A stretch of DNA of 64,000 nt, from positions 3,516 through 67,515 of the forward strand of contig CALFVD010000055.1 in the NCBI GenBank assembly GCA_937928005.1, written 5' to 3'. Numbering within the stretch: position 1 is the first letter of the stretch; every line of letters begins with the position of its first letter. Under the pieces are notes generated by a model, which searched no databases, was not told the origin of the DNA, and saw only the letters and a program-made list of their open reading frames with translations. The translations under genes and the position numbers were made by a program. Source of the DNA: an uncultured Neomegalonema sp. (GTDB lineage Bacteria > Pseudomonadota > Alphaproteobacteria > Rhodobacterales > Rhodobacteraceae). Below, piece after piece: positions 1 to 10,500 of this stretch.

Positions 1-122
1 GCATCCGCCAATTGGGCGAATATGGCACCAAACAGCAGAATGAGGGACGCAAGCGCCACCTTGAGCGCGGGCGGGGTGGTGGTCCGGCGCGCGGCGATTG
101 CGACTGGTTTTCTCTGTGACAT
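1..122 (-). CDS. 5' end of a secreted protein, runs off the window
   Basis: ATG at 122 with GGGAG upstream; MSQRKPVAIAARRTTTPPALKVALASLILLFGAIFAQLAD looks like a signal peptide. Confidence 0.55.
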   Translation of the reverse strand, partial: MSQRKPVAIAARRTTTPPALKVALASLILLFGAIFAQLAD

Positions 123-256
123 CGTAGCTCCCGATAGGTGTCGAGCGGTGGTGGGCCGCCGAATATGCGCCTTTTAAATGCGCAGGTGGCGGTCGAATGT
201 TTCAGAAAAATAGGATTTCCAACGTCCAAGGACAAGTAACACCGGCCCGATTATTA

Positions 257-892
257 TCAATCCTTCGTTGGGCCGCTCTTATCAGTGTTCCGTAAGGGTA
301 GCCCACGCTGGCGCAACGCGGCGCGCAGGGCATTGGCCCCATCGAACAGGATTGCATCGATGCCAACTGCTTGCGCGCCGCAGACATTGGCCGGGGAATC
401 GTCGATGAAAATGCAATCGGCGGGGTCGAGGGCGTTGCGGTCGAGAAGGCGGCGGTAGATTGCTGGATCGGGTTTGACCATCCGCTCATGTCCCGAAACC
501 AACACATCACGAAAACCGCCGAGGAAAGGGAACCGGGCTAACGTCAATGGCCATTTCTCGGAGGAAAAATTGGTGAGCGCGTAGAGGGGCACCTCCGCCG
601 CACGCAATTCTTCGAGAATCGCAACACTGCCGTCGATGGCACCCGTTACCGTCTCCTCCCAGCGCGCATCGAAGGCGGCGAGTTCACTTGCATAATGCGG
701 ATGCGCGGTGGCAAGTGCGGCAAGACCTCCTGCGTAGGGCTGGCCCCGGTCGAATTCGAGGTTGGCGTCCAACAGGCGCGTTTCGGCGAGAAAGCGGTCT
801 ATGGCCGCCTCATTCGGCAAAATCTTTCGGTAGAGCGCCCGCACATCCCAATGGATCAGGACATTGCCGATATCGAAGATGACAGCTTTCAT
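257..892 (-). CDS. HAD family phosphatase/hydrolase
   Basis: VIFDIGNVL motif I, LTN motif II, KPDP and FIDD motifs III/IV. Confidence 0.9.
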   Translation of the reverse strand: MKAVIFDIGNVLIHWDVRALYRKILPNEAAIDRFLAETRLLDANLEFDRGQPYAGGLAALATAHPHYASELAAFDARWEETVTGAIDGSVAILEELRAAEVPLYALTNFSSEKWPLTLARFPFLGGFRDVLVSGHERMVKPDPAIYRRLLDRNALDPADCIFIDDSPANVCGAQAVGIDAILFDGANALRAALRQRGLPLRNTDKSGPTKD

Positions 893-934
893 ACCTGTAC
901 CCTCGTTTTGATAGAGGACCGCGCCGCAAAAGCC

Positions 935-2032
935 TCAGTTCGCGAAGCGGAAATGCATGATGTCGCCGTCTTTGACGAGGTATTCCTTGCCTTCGAGGCG
1001 CATCTTTCCCGCATCTTTCGCGCCCTGCTCACCGTTATGGGCGACGTATTCGTCATAAGCAGTGGTCTCAGCGCGGATGAAACCTTTTTCAAAATCAGTG
1101 TGGATCGTGCCCGCAGCTTGGGGGGCGCGGTAACCGGTGGGGATGGTCCATGCGCGGGCTTCTTTTGGGCCACAGGTGAAATACGTGATGAGGTGCAACA
1201 GGCCGTAACCTGCACGGATCAGGCGGTCGAGGCCCGATTCTTCCAACCCCAGATCATCGAGGAAAACGGCGCGCTCCTCGTCATCGAGCATCGCGACTTC
1301 GGCCTCGATGGCCGCGCTGATGACGACATGGGCCGCGCCCTGCGCCTCGGCCATTTCCGCGACCTTGGCCGACAGAGCATTGCCGGTCGCCGCGCTCTCC
1401 TCCTCGACATTCGAGACGTAGAGGATGGGTTTCGACGACAAGAGTTGAAGCATCTTGAAGGCTTTCATGTCCTCCTCGGCGACTTCCAAATGGCGGGCCG
1501 GGCGACCGTCTTCGAGCAAGACCTTTACCGCTTCCATCAACTCGCTTGCCTTGACGGCTTCCTTATCACCGCCGCGTATCTTCTTCACGTTCCCCGCCAA
1601 ACGCCGCTCGATGCTGTCGAGATCAGCGAGCATCAGCTCGGTTTCGATGGTCTGGGCATCATCGACCGGATCGACCTTGTTCGAGACATGGGTGACGTCG
1701 TCATCCTCGAAACAGCGCAGCACATGGGCGATGGCGTCGGTCTCGCGGATATTGGCGAGGAACTGGTTGCCAAGACCCTCGCCCTTTGACGCGCCCTTCA
1801 CCAGACCGGCAATATCCACGAAGGTCATGCGGGCGGGGATCACCGCTTTCGACCCGGCAATCCCGGCGATGGTGTCGAGACGGGCATCGGGCACCGACAC
1901 CTCACCGACATTCGGCTCGATGGTGCAGAAGGGGAAGTTCGCGGCCTGCGCCGAGGCCGTGCGCGTCAATGCGTTGAACAGCGTGGATTTGCCGACATTC
2001 GGCAACCCGACGATTCCGACCTTGAAGCCCAT
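935..2032 (-). CDS. ychF: Ribosome-binding ATPase YchF
   Basis: GIVGLPNVGKSTLFNALT, NFPFCTIEPN, DIAGLV, C-terminal TGS domain. Confidence 0.98.
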   Translation of the reverse strand: MGFKVGIVGLPNVGKSTLFNALTRTASAQAANFPFCTIEPNVGEVSVPDARLDTIAGIAGSKAVIPARMTFVDIAGLVKGASKGEGLGNQFLANIRETDAIAHVLRCFEDDDVTHVSNKVDPVDDAQTIETELMLADLDSIERRLAGNVKKIRGGDKEAVKASELMEAVKVLLEDGRPARHLEVAEEDMKAFKMLQLLSSKPILYVSNVEEESAATGNALSAKVAEMAEAQGAAHVVISAAIEAEVAMLDDEERAVFLDDLGLEESGLDRLIRAGYGLLHLITYFTCGPKEARAWTIPTGYRAPQAAGTIHTDFEKGFIRAETTAYDEYVAHNGEQGAKDAGKMRLEGKEYLVKDGDIMHFRFAN

Positions 2033-2182
2033 GATGGTTCCTCGCGCGTAGAATAGGGAGAGTTGGCGCGCCCATGGCAGGAAGGGACGGGGATGTCAAC
2101 GATTGCGCGTCGGCAAGCGACTTGCGCAACGACACGCTCGTCCCTAGCGTGCGTCGTGTACTGAATATAGAGGGGGACTTTC

Positions 2183-3487
2183 ATGCCACTACCATCAAAG
2201 CCTATCAGCCGCCTTTTTGCGGCGATGCTAGCCCTTTCGCCGTTATCCGCCACCTATGCCGAGACGCAGACATGGGAGGATGCCTATGTTGGGTCGGATA
2301 CGACGGTCTTGTATCTGCCCGATGCGAACGCGGTGTACTGGCGGTATGGCTGGAAACGCGCGCCGGGTGAGCGGACGGGCATTGCGATAAGGGGGCGCTA
2401 TCCCGATGCGCGGTATTTCAGCTTCAACGTCTATGATGATGACGTGAAGCAATCGGTCGGTAGCATCACGGATGTCGATATCATACCCGAAGCGGGGGCC
2501 GCGAACCCGTTTCTGGGCAAGGGCGGCACCGTTGGGGCGGAAGGCGGCCTCTATACGCTCTATATCATGCCCGATACCATGAAGGTCGATGCGCCGAACG
2601 TGCTGTATTTCCCTGACAGCCTGACGAGCTTGTCGGTATTCCTACGTCATTACCTTGCCGAGGGCGGGATTTTGGGCGGTGCGCCACTGCCGACTGTCTC
2701 AGCGGTCGATATGAATACGAACACGGTCACACCCGCCGATTCCAGCAACCCAATACCGAAACTGTCGAAGCAAGAAATCGAACGGTATCTACTGCCCCTC
2801 GCTCAAAAGCTGAAAGCGCAATATCAAGCCGATCCCGAAGGGACCGTCGCCGCGATGCGTGAGAAGTTCGGTAGCGGGTCAGTGGCGCTCAACTCAGTGG
2901 TCGCGCGGCAGGTGGTAGCCAAAACCTTTGATGATTTTGAGGCGGGCCAGATACTCCAATCCTACAACTACCAGACCGACGGCACCTATCCAAATAAGGA
3001 TAACCTCTATCTTGTCATTCCGACGATCCGTGCGCCGAGACAGTCGCTGGTGGTGCGGTTCCGCGCGCCCCGCTATTCGGCGATGCCGGAGGGCTATGCG
3101 GCGGCGGATGTGCGGTATTTCTCGGTCAGTCAGGGGGATGACGCGACATATAACTTCGCAACCCTCGCAGACCGCGACATGCGCGTCGGCACGGATGGCA
3201 TAATCGAGATCGTCATCGGAGATGACGTCCCCGCCCTACGCGCAAAGGCCGATGAGTTGGGGGTGAATTTCATGCCGTGGTTGGTGGGTGAGAAGATGCT
3301 GCTGGTCTATCGCCACATGTTGCCCCGTGCTGATTTCGCAAATGGTATCGACAAGGTACCTGCCTTTGATCGAACCCTACCGAAAAAAGGGCAGGAAGGC
3401 GGTGCCCATATCGGCGATTATGCGCCAGTTGGCGTGTTGATCGATACTGGCGCATTATTATCGATGCCAAGATTGCCCGATTTCTGA
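2183..3487 (+). CDS. Secreted hypothetical protein
   Basis: 434 aa ORF, RBS AGGGGG, signal peptide, two repeats of a (A/V)RYFS(F/V) motif. Confidence 0.75.
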   Translation: MPLPSKPISRLFAAMLALSPLSATYAETQTWEDAYVGSDTTVLYLPDANAVYWRYGWKRAPGERTGIAIRGRYPDARYFSFNVYDDDVKQSVGSITDVDIIPEAGAANPFLGKGGTVGAEGGLYTLYIMPDTMKVDAPNVLYFPDSLTSLSVFLRHYLAEGGILGGAPLPTVSAVDMNTNTVTPADSSNPIPKLSKQEIERYLLPLAQKLKAQYQADPEGTVAAMREKFGSGSVALNSVVARQVVAKTFDDFEAGQILQSYNYQTDGTYPNKDNLYLVIPTIRAPRQSLVVRFRAPRYSAMPEGYAAADVRYFSVSQGDDATYNFATLADRDMRVGTDGIIEIVIGDDVPALRAKADELGVNFMPWLVGEKMLLVYRHMLPRADFANGIDKVPAFDRTLPKKGQEGGAHIGDYAPVGVLIDTGALLSMPRLPDF

Positions 3488-3535
3488 GAAGGTTGCGCAC
3501 GGGTTGCACTTCGATAGGCTGTCCCGAAAGGGAGA

Positions 3536-4126
3536 ATGGCCATGACAATGTTCAACAACGGCAATCGCACGCTGCAAGACCGCTATGGGGGCCGTGCGGT
3601 TGCCGACCGGATTGTCGATCTGGTGGAGGCGTCCGAGATCAACGACGAATTCAAGGAATTTATCGAATCCGTGCCGTTCTTCTTTCTCGCCACATCGGCG
3701 GGGGAGAATACCGATTGCTCCTTTAAGGGCGGGGAACCGGGTTTCGTAAAGGTGGCGGCACCCGACCAGATTGTCTTTCCCGATTACGATGGTAATCGGA
3801 TGTATAAATCACTCGGCAACATCACCGAAAACCCGAATGTCGGGCTATTATTTATGAAATTCGGTGCCGAGGAAGGGCAAGGCGCGCTATATCTGCGCGT
3901 GCGGGTTAGCGGCAAGGCAGTGATACATGACGATCACCCCTTGCTGGCCGAGTATCCCGGTGCGCAGCGGATGGTGGAGGTGACGGTCACGCATGTCTTC
4001 CCCAATTGCCCTCGCTATATCCCGCAAATGGAAATGATTGCACCCTCACGGTATATCCCCGAAGAGGGCAAGGAACAGCCAACCCCGGCATGGAAAGAAA
4101 TCCCACCCATCGCGGAGCTGTTGTAA
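3536..4126 (+). CDS. Pyridoxamine 5'-phosphate oxidase family FMN-binding protein
   Basis: FFLATS..DCSFKGGEPGFV, PDYDGNRMYKSLGNI..NPNVGLLF, NCPRYIP. Confidence 0.9.
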   Translation: MAMTMFNNGNRTLQDRYGGRAVADRIVDLVEASEINDEFKEFIESVPFFFLATSAGENTDCSFKGGEPGFVKVAAPDQIVFPDYDGNRMYKSLGNITENPNVGLLFMKFGAEEGQGALYLRVRVSGKAVIHDDHPLLAEYPGAQRMVEVTVTHVFPNCPRYIPQMEMIAPSRYIPEEGKEQPTPAWKEIPPIAELL

Positions 4127-4127
4127 G

Positions 4128-4601
4128 ATGAAGAGACTGCTCGCCGCCGCCCTCGTGCTGGGCACACCCGTGGCTGCGCATCATGGGTTTCGCATGGAAT
4201 ACGATGCGTCGAAAGCTTATTGGATCGAGGGGGAAATAGTATCGGGGTATTATGGCTTGCCCCATGCGGAGTTTGATCTGCGGATCATCCCCGGCGCGAT
4301 GCCGGAGGCGGGGTTTGCCGATAAAAAGGCGAGCGATCTGACCGGTAAACTGCGCACTGCCCCACGCGATCTGCGGCCCGTGGTCGAGATCGAGTTTCCG
4401 CAACAGGAACGGTTCTGGGCGCTCGGCGATGTCTTGAAGACTGGCGACCGGGTGGCGGTGATCGTGCTGCGCGGATGCGAGGAACCCAAACCCCTACGCG
4501 CGCAATGGGTGCGTTTGCCGGATGGATCGTCAGTGCGAGCCGGGGGCAAAGTGCAGGCGGAAACCCAGACATGCGAGCCGGAACCTGCTGGCCGCGATTG
4601 A
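4128..4601 (+). CDS. Secreted DUF6152-like protein
   Basis: ATG directly after the upstream stop; signal peptide followed by AHHGF..YD and PH motif. Confidence 0.7.
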   Translation: MKRLLAAALVLGTPVAAHHGFRMEYDASKAYWIEGEIVSGYYGLPHAEFDLRIIPGAMPEAGFADKKASDLTGKLRTAPRDLRPVVEIEFPQQERFWALGDVLKTGDRVAVIVLRGCEEPKPLRAQWVRLPDGSSVRAGGKVQAETQTCEPEPAGRD

Positions 4602-5034
4602 AAATTGGGAATGGGTCGTGACCCTGCGGCGTAGCCTATGGGGCTATGGCGCGCTGAACGCCGCGCATATTCTCGCAATCGGGATATTGTTAGGGTCCAT
4701 CGTCAATGTGGATTTGCGTATCATGGGCCTGTGGCGCGGGGATCGCTGGCGGGAAGGTATGGCCGAGGCGTTACCGCTCGCGCGGGCGGGGTTTGTGCTG
4801 GCTGTGCTGACAGGGGGCGCGCTGTTTGCCGTGCGTGCCTCGCGCTACGTGACGATGACACCGTTTCTATTGAAGATGGGGCTGCTGGTTCTCGCGCTTG
4901 CGAATGTGGTGGTGTTTCACTGGATGCTGCGGCGGCTGGGCGAGCGGGGGATGGGCCTGCGCCTGTCGGCTGCGGCGTCGCTGACGTTGTGGATCGGGAT
5001 CCTCGCATCAGGGCGGGCTATCGGCTTTCTGTAG
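4522..5034 (+). CDS. Multi-TM membrane protein, DUF6644/DUF2214-like (start uncertain)
   Basis: AAHILAIGILLGSIV..DLRIMG, TGG.LF, F.LKM, GR.IGF C-terminus. Confidence 0.7.
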   Translation: MDRQCEPGAKCRRKPRHASRNLLAAIENWEWVVTLRRSLWGYGALNAAHILAIGILLGSIVNVDLRIMGLWRGDRWREGMAEALPLARAGFVLAVLTGGALFAVRASRYVTMTPFLLKMGLLVLALANVVVFHWMLRRLGERGMGLRLSAAASLTLWIGILASGRAIGFL

Positions 5035-5197
5035 GTCAGTAGCGGCAATATGGCCGTGATCCGTTTTCGACATTATTTTTTATGCGCATGTCGAAAACAG
5101 GCGATCAGGTGGCATTCAAGAAGCGTAATTAGTTCGACGCAGTTCATTCCGAATTGCGACCGGACGCGGTTTAGGCGTCCTTTTTCTGGAGACCGAG

Positions 5198-5566
5198 ATG
5201 CGTAAGAACGTATATCTCCTCGCAGCCGCGATTGTCGCGGTGGCCGTTACACCTGTGCTATCGTCCGAAGTTACAATCGGCGATTCCACCTTCATTACCT
5301 ATGACGAGAACTATGTCACGGCGGCACCAGATGCTGCCTTTGGCGACACCTATGTGGCGGGCGATATCGTGTATATCGACGAAGCCACTATGGAGCAGGC
5401 CGAATACAGTGTACCGATCTACGATCAGTTCGGCTATTCTGCCGAGAGCGTCGAGCAGGTCTATGCCATCGACGGGATAGATATGGCACAAGACGTGCCG
5501 TCGATGACCGAAACGATCGATGGCATCGTCTACGAAACCGTAGCCGCACCGGCGCAAACCTACTGA
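5198..5566 (+). CDS. Small secreted acidic hypothetical protein
   Basis: GGAGA RBS, signal peptide, D/E/Y-rich mature part. Confidence 0.7.
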   Translation: MRKNVYLLAAAIVAVAVTPVLSSEVTIGDSTFITYDENYVTAAPDAAFGDTYVAGDIVYIDEATMEQAEYSVPIYDQFGYSAESVEQVYAIDGIDMAQDVPSMTETIDGIVYETVAAPAQTY

Positions 5567-5895
5567 GAGAGCGCAAAGCGCATGTTTTATGCGTATGATA
5601 CCGGCTCTGAGTTCAGGGAGAAAACGGGGGGCGCGCTGTCACGGTGCGCCCTTTTGCAGTCGATAGAATGTCGCAAACGGCTACGCATGTCGTTTTCGGG
5701 CGCGCGTCGGGTCTGCAGAATGCGACGATTTGTCAATGAGAAGACGCACCATTAAGGCAGGATGGCTGGGACGATTGACTGTCGTGGCCGACCCGTGCCC
5801 GACACTCTCCGCCATTGCGCCCTCGCACCCGAGGCAAGCACCTCCCTCCCTGCGCTGAATCGCCCTTATCTTTTCAGCCGGACGGAGACGACCCC

Positions 5896-7467
5896 ATGAC
5901 CAAAACAATCGAAAAGCCAAGCCGCCGCAGCGGTGGACGCGCCGCCCGCGTTGCCATGCGCGAAGCCCCCCTCGCCGAAGCCAGCCGCCCAATCCGCGCG
6001 GGACTGGAAGGCGGGCGCTACAAGCCCCTGACCGACGATCAAGTGCAACGCATCCATTCAGCGGCTTTCCAGATTCTCGACGAAATCGGCATCAGCCTCG
6101 CCCCACAAAGCGGCATCGACGCGATGACCGCCTATGGCGCGGTGTATTCCGCCGATGATGGCCGCGTGCGCTTTCCGGCGGCGGTGATCGAGAAGGCGCT
6201 GGGGGATGCTGCACGTGATATCACCCTACACGCCCGCAACCCAAAACATGATCTGCATCCGGGCGGCTACCGTGTGCATTATGGGACGGCAGGGGCAGCC
6301 GTGCATCTGGCCAATATCGAAACGGGCGAATACGACGAAAGCACGCTGGGTGATCTATACGCGGCCGCGCGCATTACGGATCAGCTCGACAATGTGCATT
6401 TCTTTCAGCGGTGCATGGTCGCGCGAGACATTCTCGATAATCGCGAGATGGACCTGAACACGATCTACGCCAGCGTGAATGGAACGACCAAACATATCGG
6501 CACCAGCTTTACCGAGCCTGATTTCGCACGCGACGCGCTCAAGATGCTGCACCTGATGGCGGGGGGCGAGGATAAATGGCGCGAGCGGCCCTTCGTGTCG
6601 AACTCGAACTGTTTTGTTGTACCGCCACTGAAATTCGCAACCGAAAGCTGCGAGGTGATGGAGGTTTGTATCAAAGGTGGGATGCCAGTGCTGCTACTCT
6701 CCGCCGGTCAGGCGGGGGCGACGGGTCCGGCGGCACTGGCCGGGACAATTGCGCAGGCGGTGGCGGAATGTCTGGCCGGGTTGGTCTATGTCAACGCGGT
6801 GAAACCGGGGCATCCAGCAATCTTTGGGACATGGCCGTTCGTATCGGACCTGCGGACGGGCGCAATGTGCGCGGGGTCAGGAGAACAGGCGTTGCTAACG
6901 GCGGCCTGTGCGCAGATGGGGCGGTTCTACGACTTGCCCACGGGTAGCGCGGGGGGCATGTCTGACGCAAAATACCCCGATCAACAGGCCGGGGCCGAAC
7001 ATGGCGTAACGAATGTCATGGCGGGGCTGGCGGGGCTAAACATGGTCTACGAATCCGCCGGAATGTACGCATCTTTGCTAGGGTTCTCACTGGAAGGGCT
7101 TATCATTGATAATGATATCCTTGGCCAATGCTTGCGCTGTGTGCGGGGAATCGAGGTGACGGATGAAAAGCTATCCATCGAGCAGATGAAGGCCGCGTGT
7201 CTGAATGGGGGGCCGGGGCATTACCTAGGGTCGGACCAGACACTCTCGCTCATGCAAACAGATTACTTCTACCCCGATATCGGGGATCGATCCTCGCCGA
7301 AGGAATGGCTGGAGCGGAATAAGCCAGTGCTGATCGAAACGGCAATTGCGAAGAAGAAGGAAATCCTTGGCGAGCCATCGCTAGCACTGCTGTCGCCAGA
7401 AATCGACGCGGCAGTACGGGCGGAATTTCCAATCCGGTTAGATACGGCGACTGGGAAGTTGGTGTAG
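5896..7467 (+). CDS. Trimethylamine methyltransferase (MttB) family protein, non-pyrrolysine
   Basis: N-terminal RRSGGRAAR, SDLRTGAM, SDAK.PD.QAG.E, ESAGM; no in-frame amber; GGAGA RBS before ATG 5896. Confidence 0.92.
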   Translation: MTKTIEKPSRRSGGRAARVAMREAPLAEASRPIRAGLEGGRYKPLTDDQVQRIHSAAFQILDEIGISLAPQSGIDAMTAYGAVYSADDGRVRFPAAVIEKALGDAARDITLHARNPKHDLHPGGYRVHYGTAGAAVHLANIETGEYDESTLGDLYAAARITDQLDNVHFFQRCMVARDILDNREMDLNTIYASVNGTTKHIGTSFTEPDFARDALKMLHLMAGGEDKWRERPFVSNSNCFVVPPLKFATESCEVMEVCIKGGMPVLLLSAGQAGATGPAALAGTIAQAVAECLAGLVYVNAVKPGHPAIFGTWPFVSDLRTGAMCAGSGEQALLTAACAQMGRFYDLPTGSAGGMSDAKYPDQQAGAEHGVTNVMAGLAGLNMVYESAGMYASLLGFSLEGLIIDNDILGQCLRCVRGIEVTDEKLSIEQMKAACLNGGPGHYLGSDQTLSLMQTDYFYPDIGDRSSPKEWLERNKPVLIETAIAKKKEILGEPSLALLSPEIDAAVRAEFPIRLDTATGKLV

Positions 7468-7595
7468 CGCAGTACAATGGTCATTTCCGCGAAAGTGGGA
7501 ATCCGAATGTACCTTCGCCAAAACTCATCACCGTTTGCGCAACAGGCTTGGCACCGGGCAAAATGCGCGCCCGCCTTCGCGGGAGCGACATTGCT

Positions 7596-10500
7596 CTATT
7601 CTGCCGCCATGCGTGGGGCTTCGGGGGCGGCACCGCCCTTCATACGGGCCAGAATATCGGTGCGGCGAAGGGCGGCATCTTTCATTGCTTCGGCTTTGAC
7701 GGGGCCAAAGCCTCTTATGGCGTCGGGAAGGTTTAGGAGGGCTGTAGCCAGCGGTCCCGGCTGGCCCGCAAGGGCAGTGTCGATATCGGCTTCGTATTGC
7801 TTGATGAGCGCGCGTTCGGATTTGCGTTCCTCGGTATAGCCAAAGACATCGAGAGGGGTGCCGCGCAGGCGTTTTAGTTTGGCCAATAGGCGGAAGTTAC
7901 GGAGCATGGATGCGCCGTATTCCTTCTTCTTCGGGCGGCCTTTCGCATCGGTGCCAGAATTAAAGACCGGCGGAGCGAGATGGAAGGTGAGGTCGCCGCC
8001 TTCCTCGAAGGTCTGGGCCACCTGTGCAGCGAAACGACCATCGGTAAAGAGCCGAGCGACTTCGTATTCATCTTTATAAGACAATAGCTTGGCATAGTTT
8101 CGGGCGACAACAAAGGCGGCATCCTCGTCCCATGCACGCACGCGCGCGACCCGCTTACGGTAGCGTTTGGCAAGGCGGGTGTTTTGGTAGCCGGTTAGAT
8201 GCGCAGCACGATGCTCAATCAGGGCATCCAAGGTCTGTGGCGGGGTATCCGCCGCTTCATTTTTTAGAAGCGCGGTTGCAGCTTTGGGATCGGTAGCGAG
8301 TTTGCGCCCCCAATGGAAGGCGGCGATATTTGCTTCGACCGCCACGCCGTTCATCTCGATAGCATGTAGCAAGGACGGCATGGCGACGGGCAATGCGCCG
8401 ATTTGGCAGGCATAGCCGAGCATCATAATGTTGGTCATGATCGCATCGCCACAGGCGGCTTCGGCAAGGGCGGTGAAATCGAGGAATGCACTGTCCTCTG
8501 ACGTTGTCTTACGGATAGTAGCAATGGTCAGTTCATTGCGGAAATCGAGGTCACGGTCCTTGATGAAATCGGCGACGGAGGTGAGGTGCGTGTTGACGAC
8601 CGCGCGGGTGCAGTTGGCCTCGCATAACACGACACCATCGGTGGAAGCCGCAACCACGGCATCGGCGGCGAACAGTAAATCAGTTCCACCACTGACGATG
8701 CGGGGGCTGGTCACATCGTCGGGGTCATTGCCAATACGGACATAGGAGAAGACCGCCCCGCCCTTCTGCGCAAGGCCCGCCATGTCGAGGATCATCGACG
8801 CTTTGCCCTCCAGATGCGCGGCCATGCCGAGAACCGCGCCGATGGTCAGGACGCCGGTGCCGCCAACGCCCGTAATGGCGATGTTCCACGGACAGGCCAG
8901 ATCGGTGACGGAGGCGCGCGGATCGGGGATCGTGGTGGGGTCGATGGTGGTTGCGGCGCTGGCCTTGAGGGCCGCACCAGAGACAGTGACAAAGCTGGGG
9001 CAAAAGCCCTTCACGCAGGAAAAATCCTTGTTGCAGGAGGATTGGTTGATACGGCGCTTGCGGCCCATCGCAGTTTCAAGCGGCTCGACGGCGATGCAGT
9101 TCGACTGGACCGAGCAATCACCACAGCCTTCGCAGACGGAGGGGTTTATGATGACGCGACGGTCGGGATCAGGGAAGGTGCCGCGCTTACGGCGGCGGCG
9201 CTTTTCGGCGGCGCAGGTCTGGACGAAGAGGATGGCGGTGCAGCCCGGCACCTCGCGTAATTCGCGCATCACGGTATCAAGGTCGTCGCGGTGGCGGATT
9301 TCGACGCCCTTGGCCAACTCGCCCGGAGTGTAGGCTTCGGGCGCATCGGTGACGAGGACGGTACGGCCTACGCCTTCAGCAGCGAGTTGATGCGTGATCT
9401 GCTGCGGGGTGAGGGAACCGTCTATGGGCTGTCCGCCGGTCATGGCAACGGCGTCGTTATAGAGGATTTTGTAAGTAAGATTCACGCCCGACGCGACACC
9501 CTGCCGAATGGCGAGTAGGCCGGAATGGAAATACGTACCATCGCCTAAGTTGATGAATTGATGCTTCTCATCCGTGAAATGGGCGGTGCCCTGCCATTGC
9601 GCGCCCTCGCCGCCCATCTGGCTGAAACCAGCATCGTTGCGATCCATCCATGTCACCATGAAGTGACAACCAATGCCCGCGCCCACGCGCGACCCTTCCG
9701 GGACATTGGTGGAGGTGTTGTGGGGACACCCGGCGCAGAAATAGGGTTTGCGCAGGACGGGCGGCGTATGCGCCTTGCGGATATCAGCGCGGGTTTTGAA
9801 CCACGCCACCTTGTCACGAATGCGGGTCGCGACTTGCTCGTCGAGATCTAGTTCCAGTAGGCGTAGGCCAATGGCACGGGCGACGGCTCCGGTGGTTAGT
9901 TCCACATCAAGGGGTAGGTTCGGCTGGTCGTTATGGTCGAACTTGCCAATGATGCGAGGGCGCACGTCGGCGCGCCAGTTGAAAAGCTGCTTCTTGATCT
10001 CAAATTCGATCATCTCGCGGCGTTCCTCAATCACGAGGACTTCCTCCAACCCTTCGGCAAAACGGCGCACGCCTTCGGGTTCGAGGGGCCACGGCATCCC
10101 AACCTTGTAGACGCGCAGGCCGATGCGGGCGGCCTCGTCTTCAGTGACGCCAAGCTGGCGTAGGGCTTCGCGAGCGTCTTCATAGGCTTTGCCCGATGCG
10201 ATGATGCCGAAACGGGCGTGCGGGCTGTCGATAACGATGCGGTCGACGTTGTTGGCCCGTCCGAAGGCGATGGCGGCGTAGCCCTTGTGGTGTTGGAGGC
10301 GGTGATCTTGCTCCCACCTGTCGTCGGGCCAGCGGATGTTGAGACCATCCGCTGGCATCTCGAAATCATCGGGGACGGTGAAGACGCGATCCTCGCCGGT
10401 CAGATCGACGGTGGCGGTCGTCTCGACGGTATCGGCGATAACCTTCATGCCAACCCAGCACCCCGAATAACGCGACATGGCGATGCCGAGGAGGCCCATC

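Noticed and set aside
695..1789. 364 aa ORF antisense to ychF, and similar long shadow ORFs such as 26829-27593, 55124-55948 and 12128-12730
   Set aside because: They mirror well-supported genes on the other strand, which is expected from high-GC codon bias, and carry no recognisable motifs
5063..5098. Inverted repeat GTTTTCGACAT...ATGTCGAAAAC
   Set aside because: Real, but cannot be assigned as terminator or operator and occurs once
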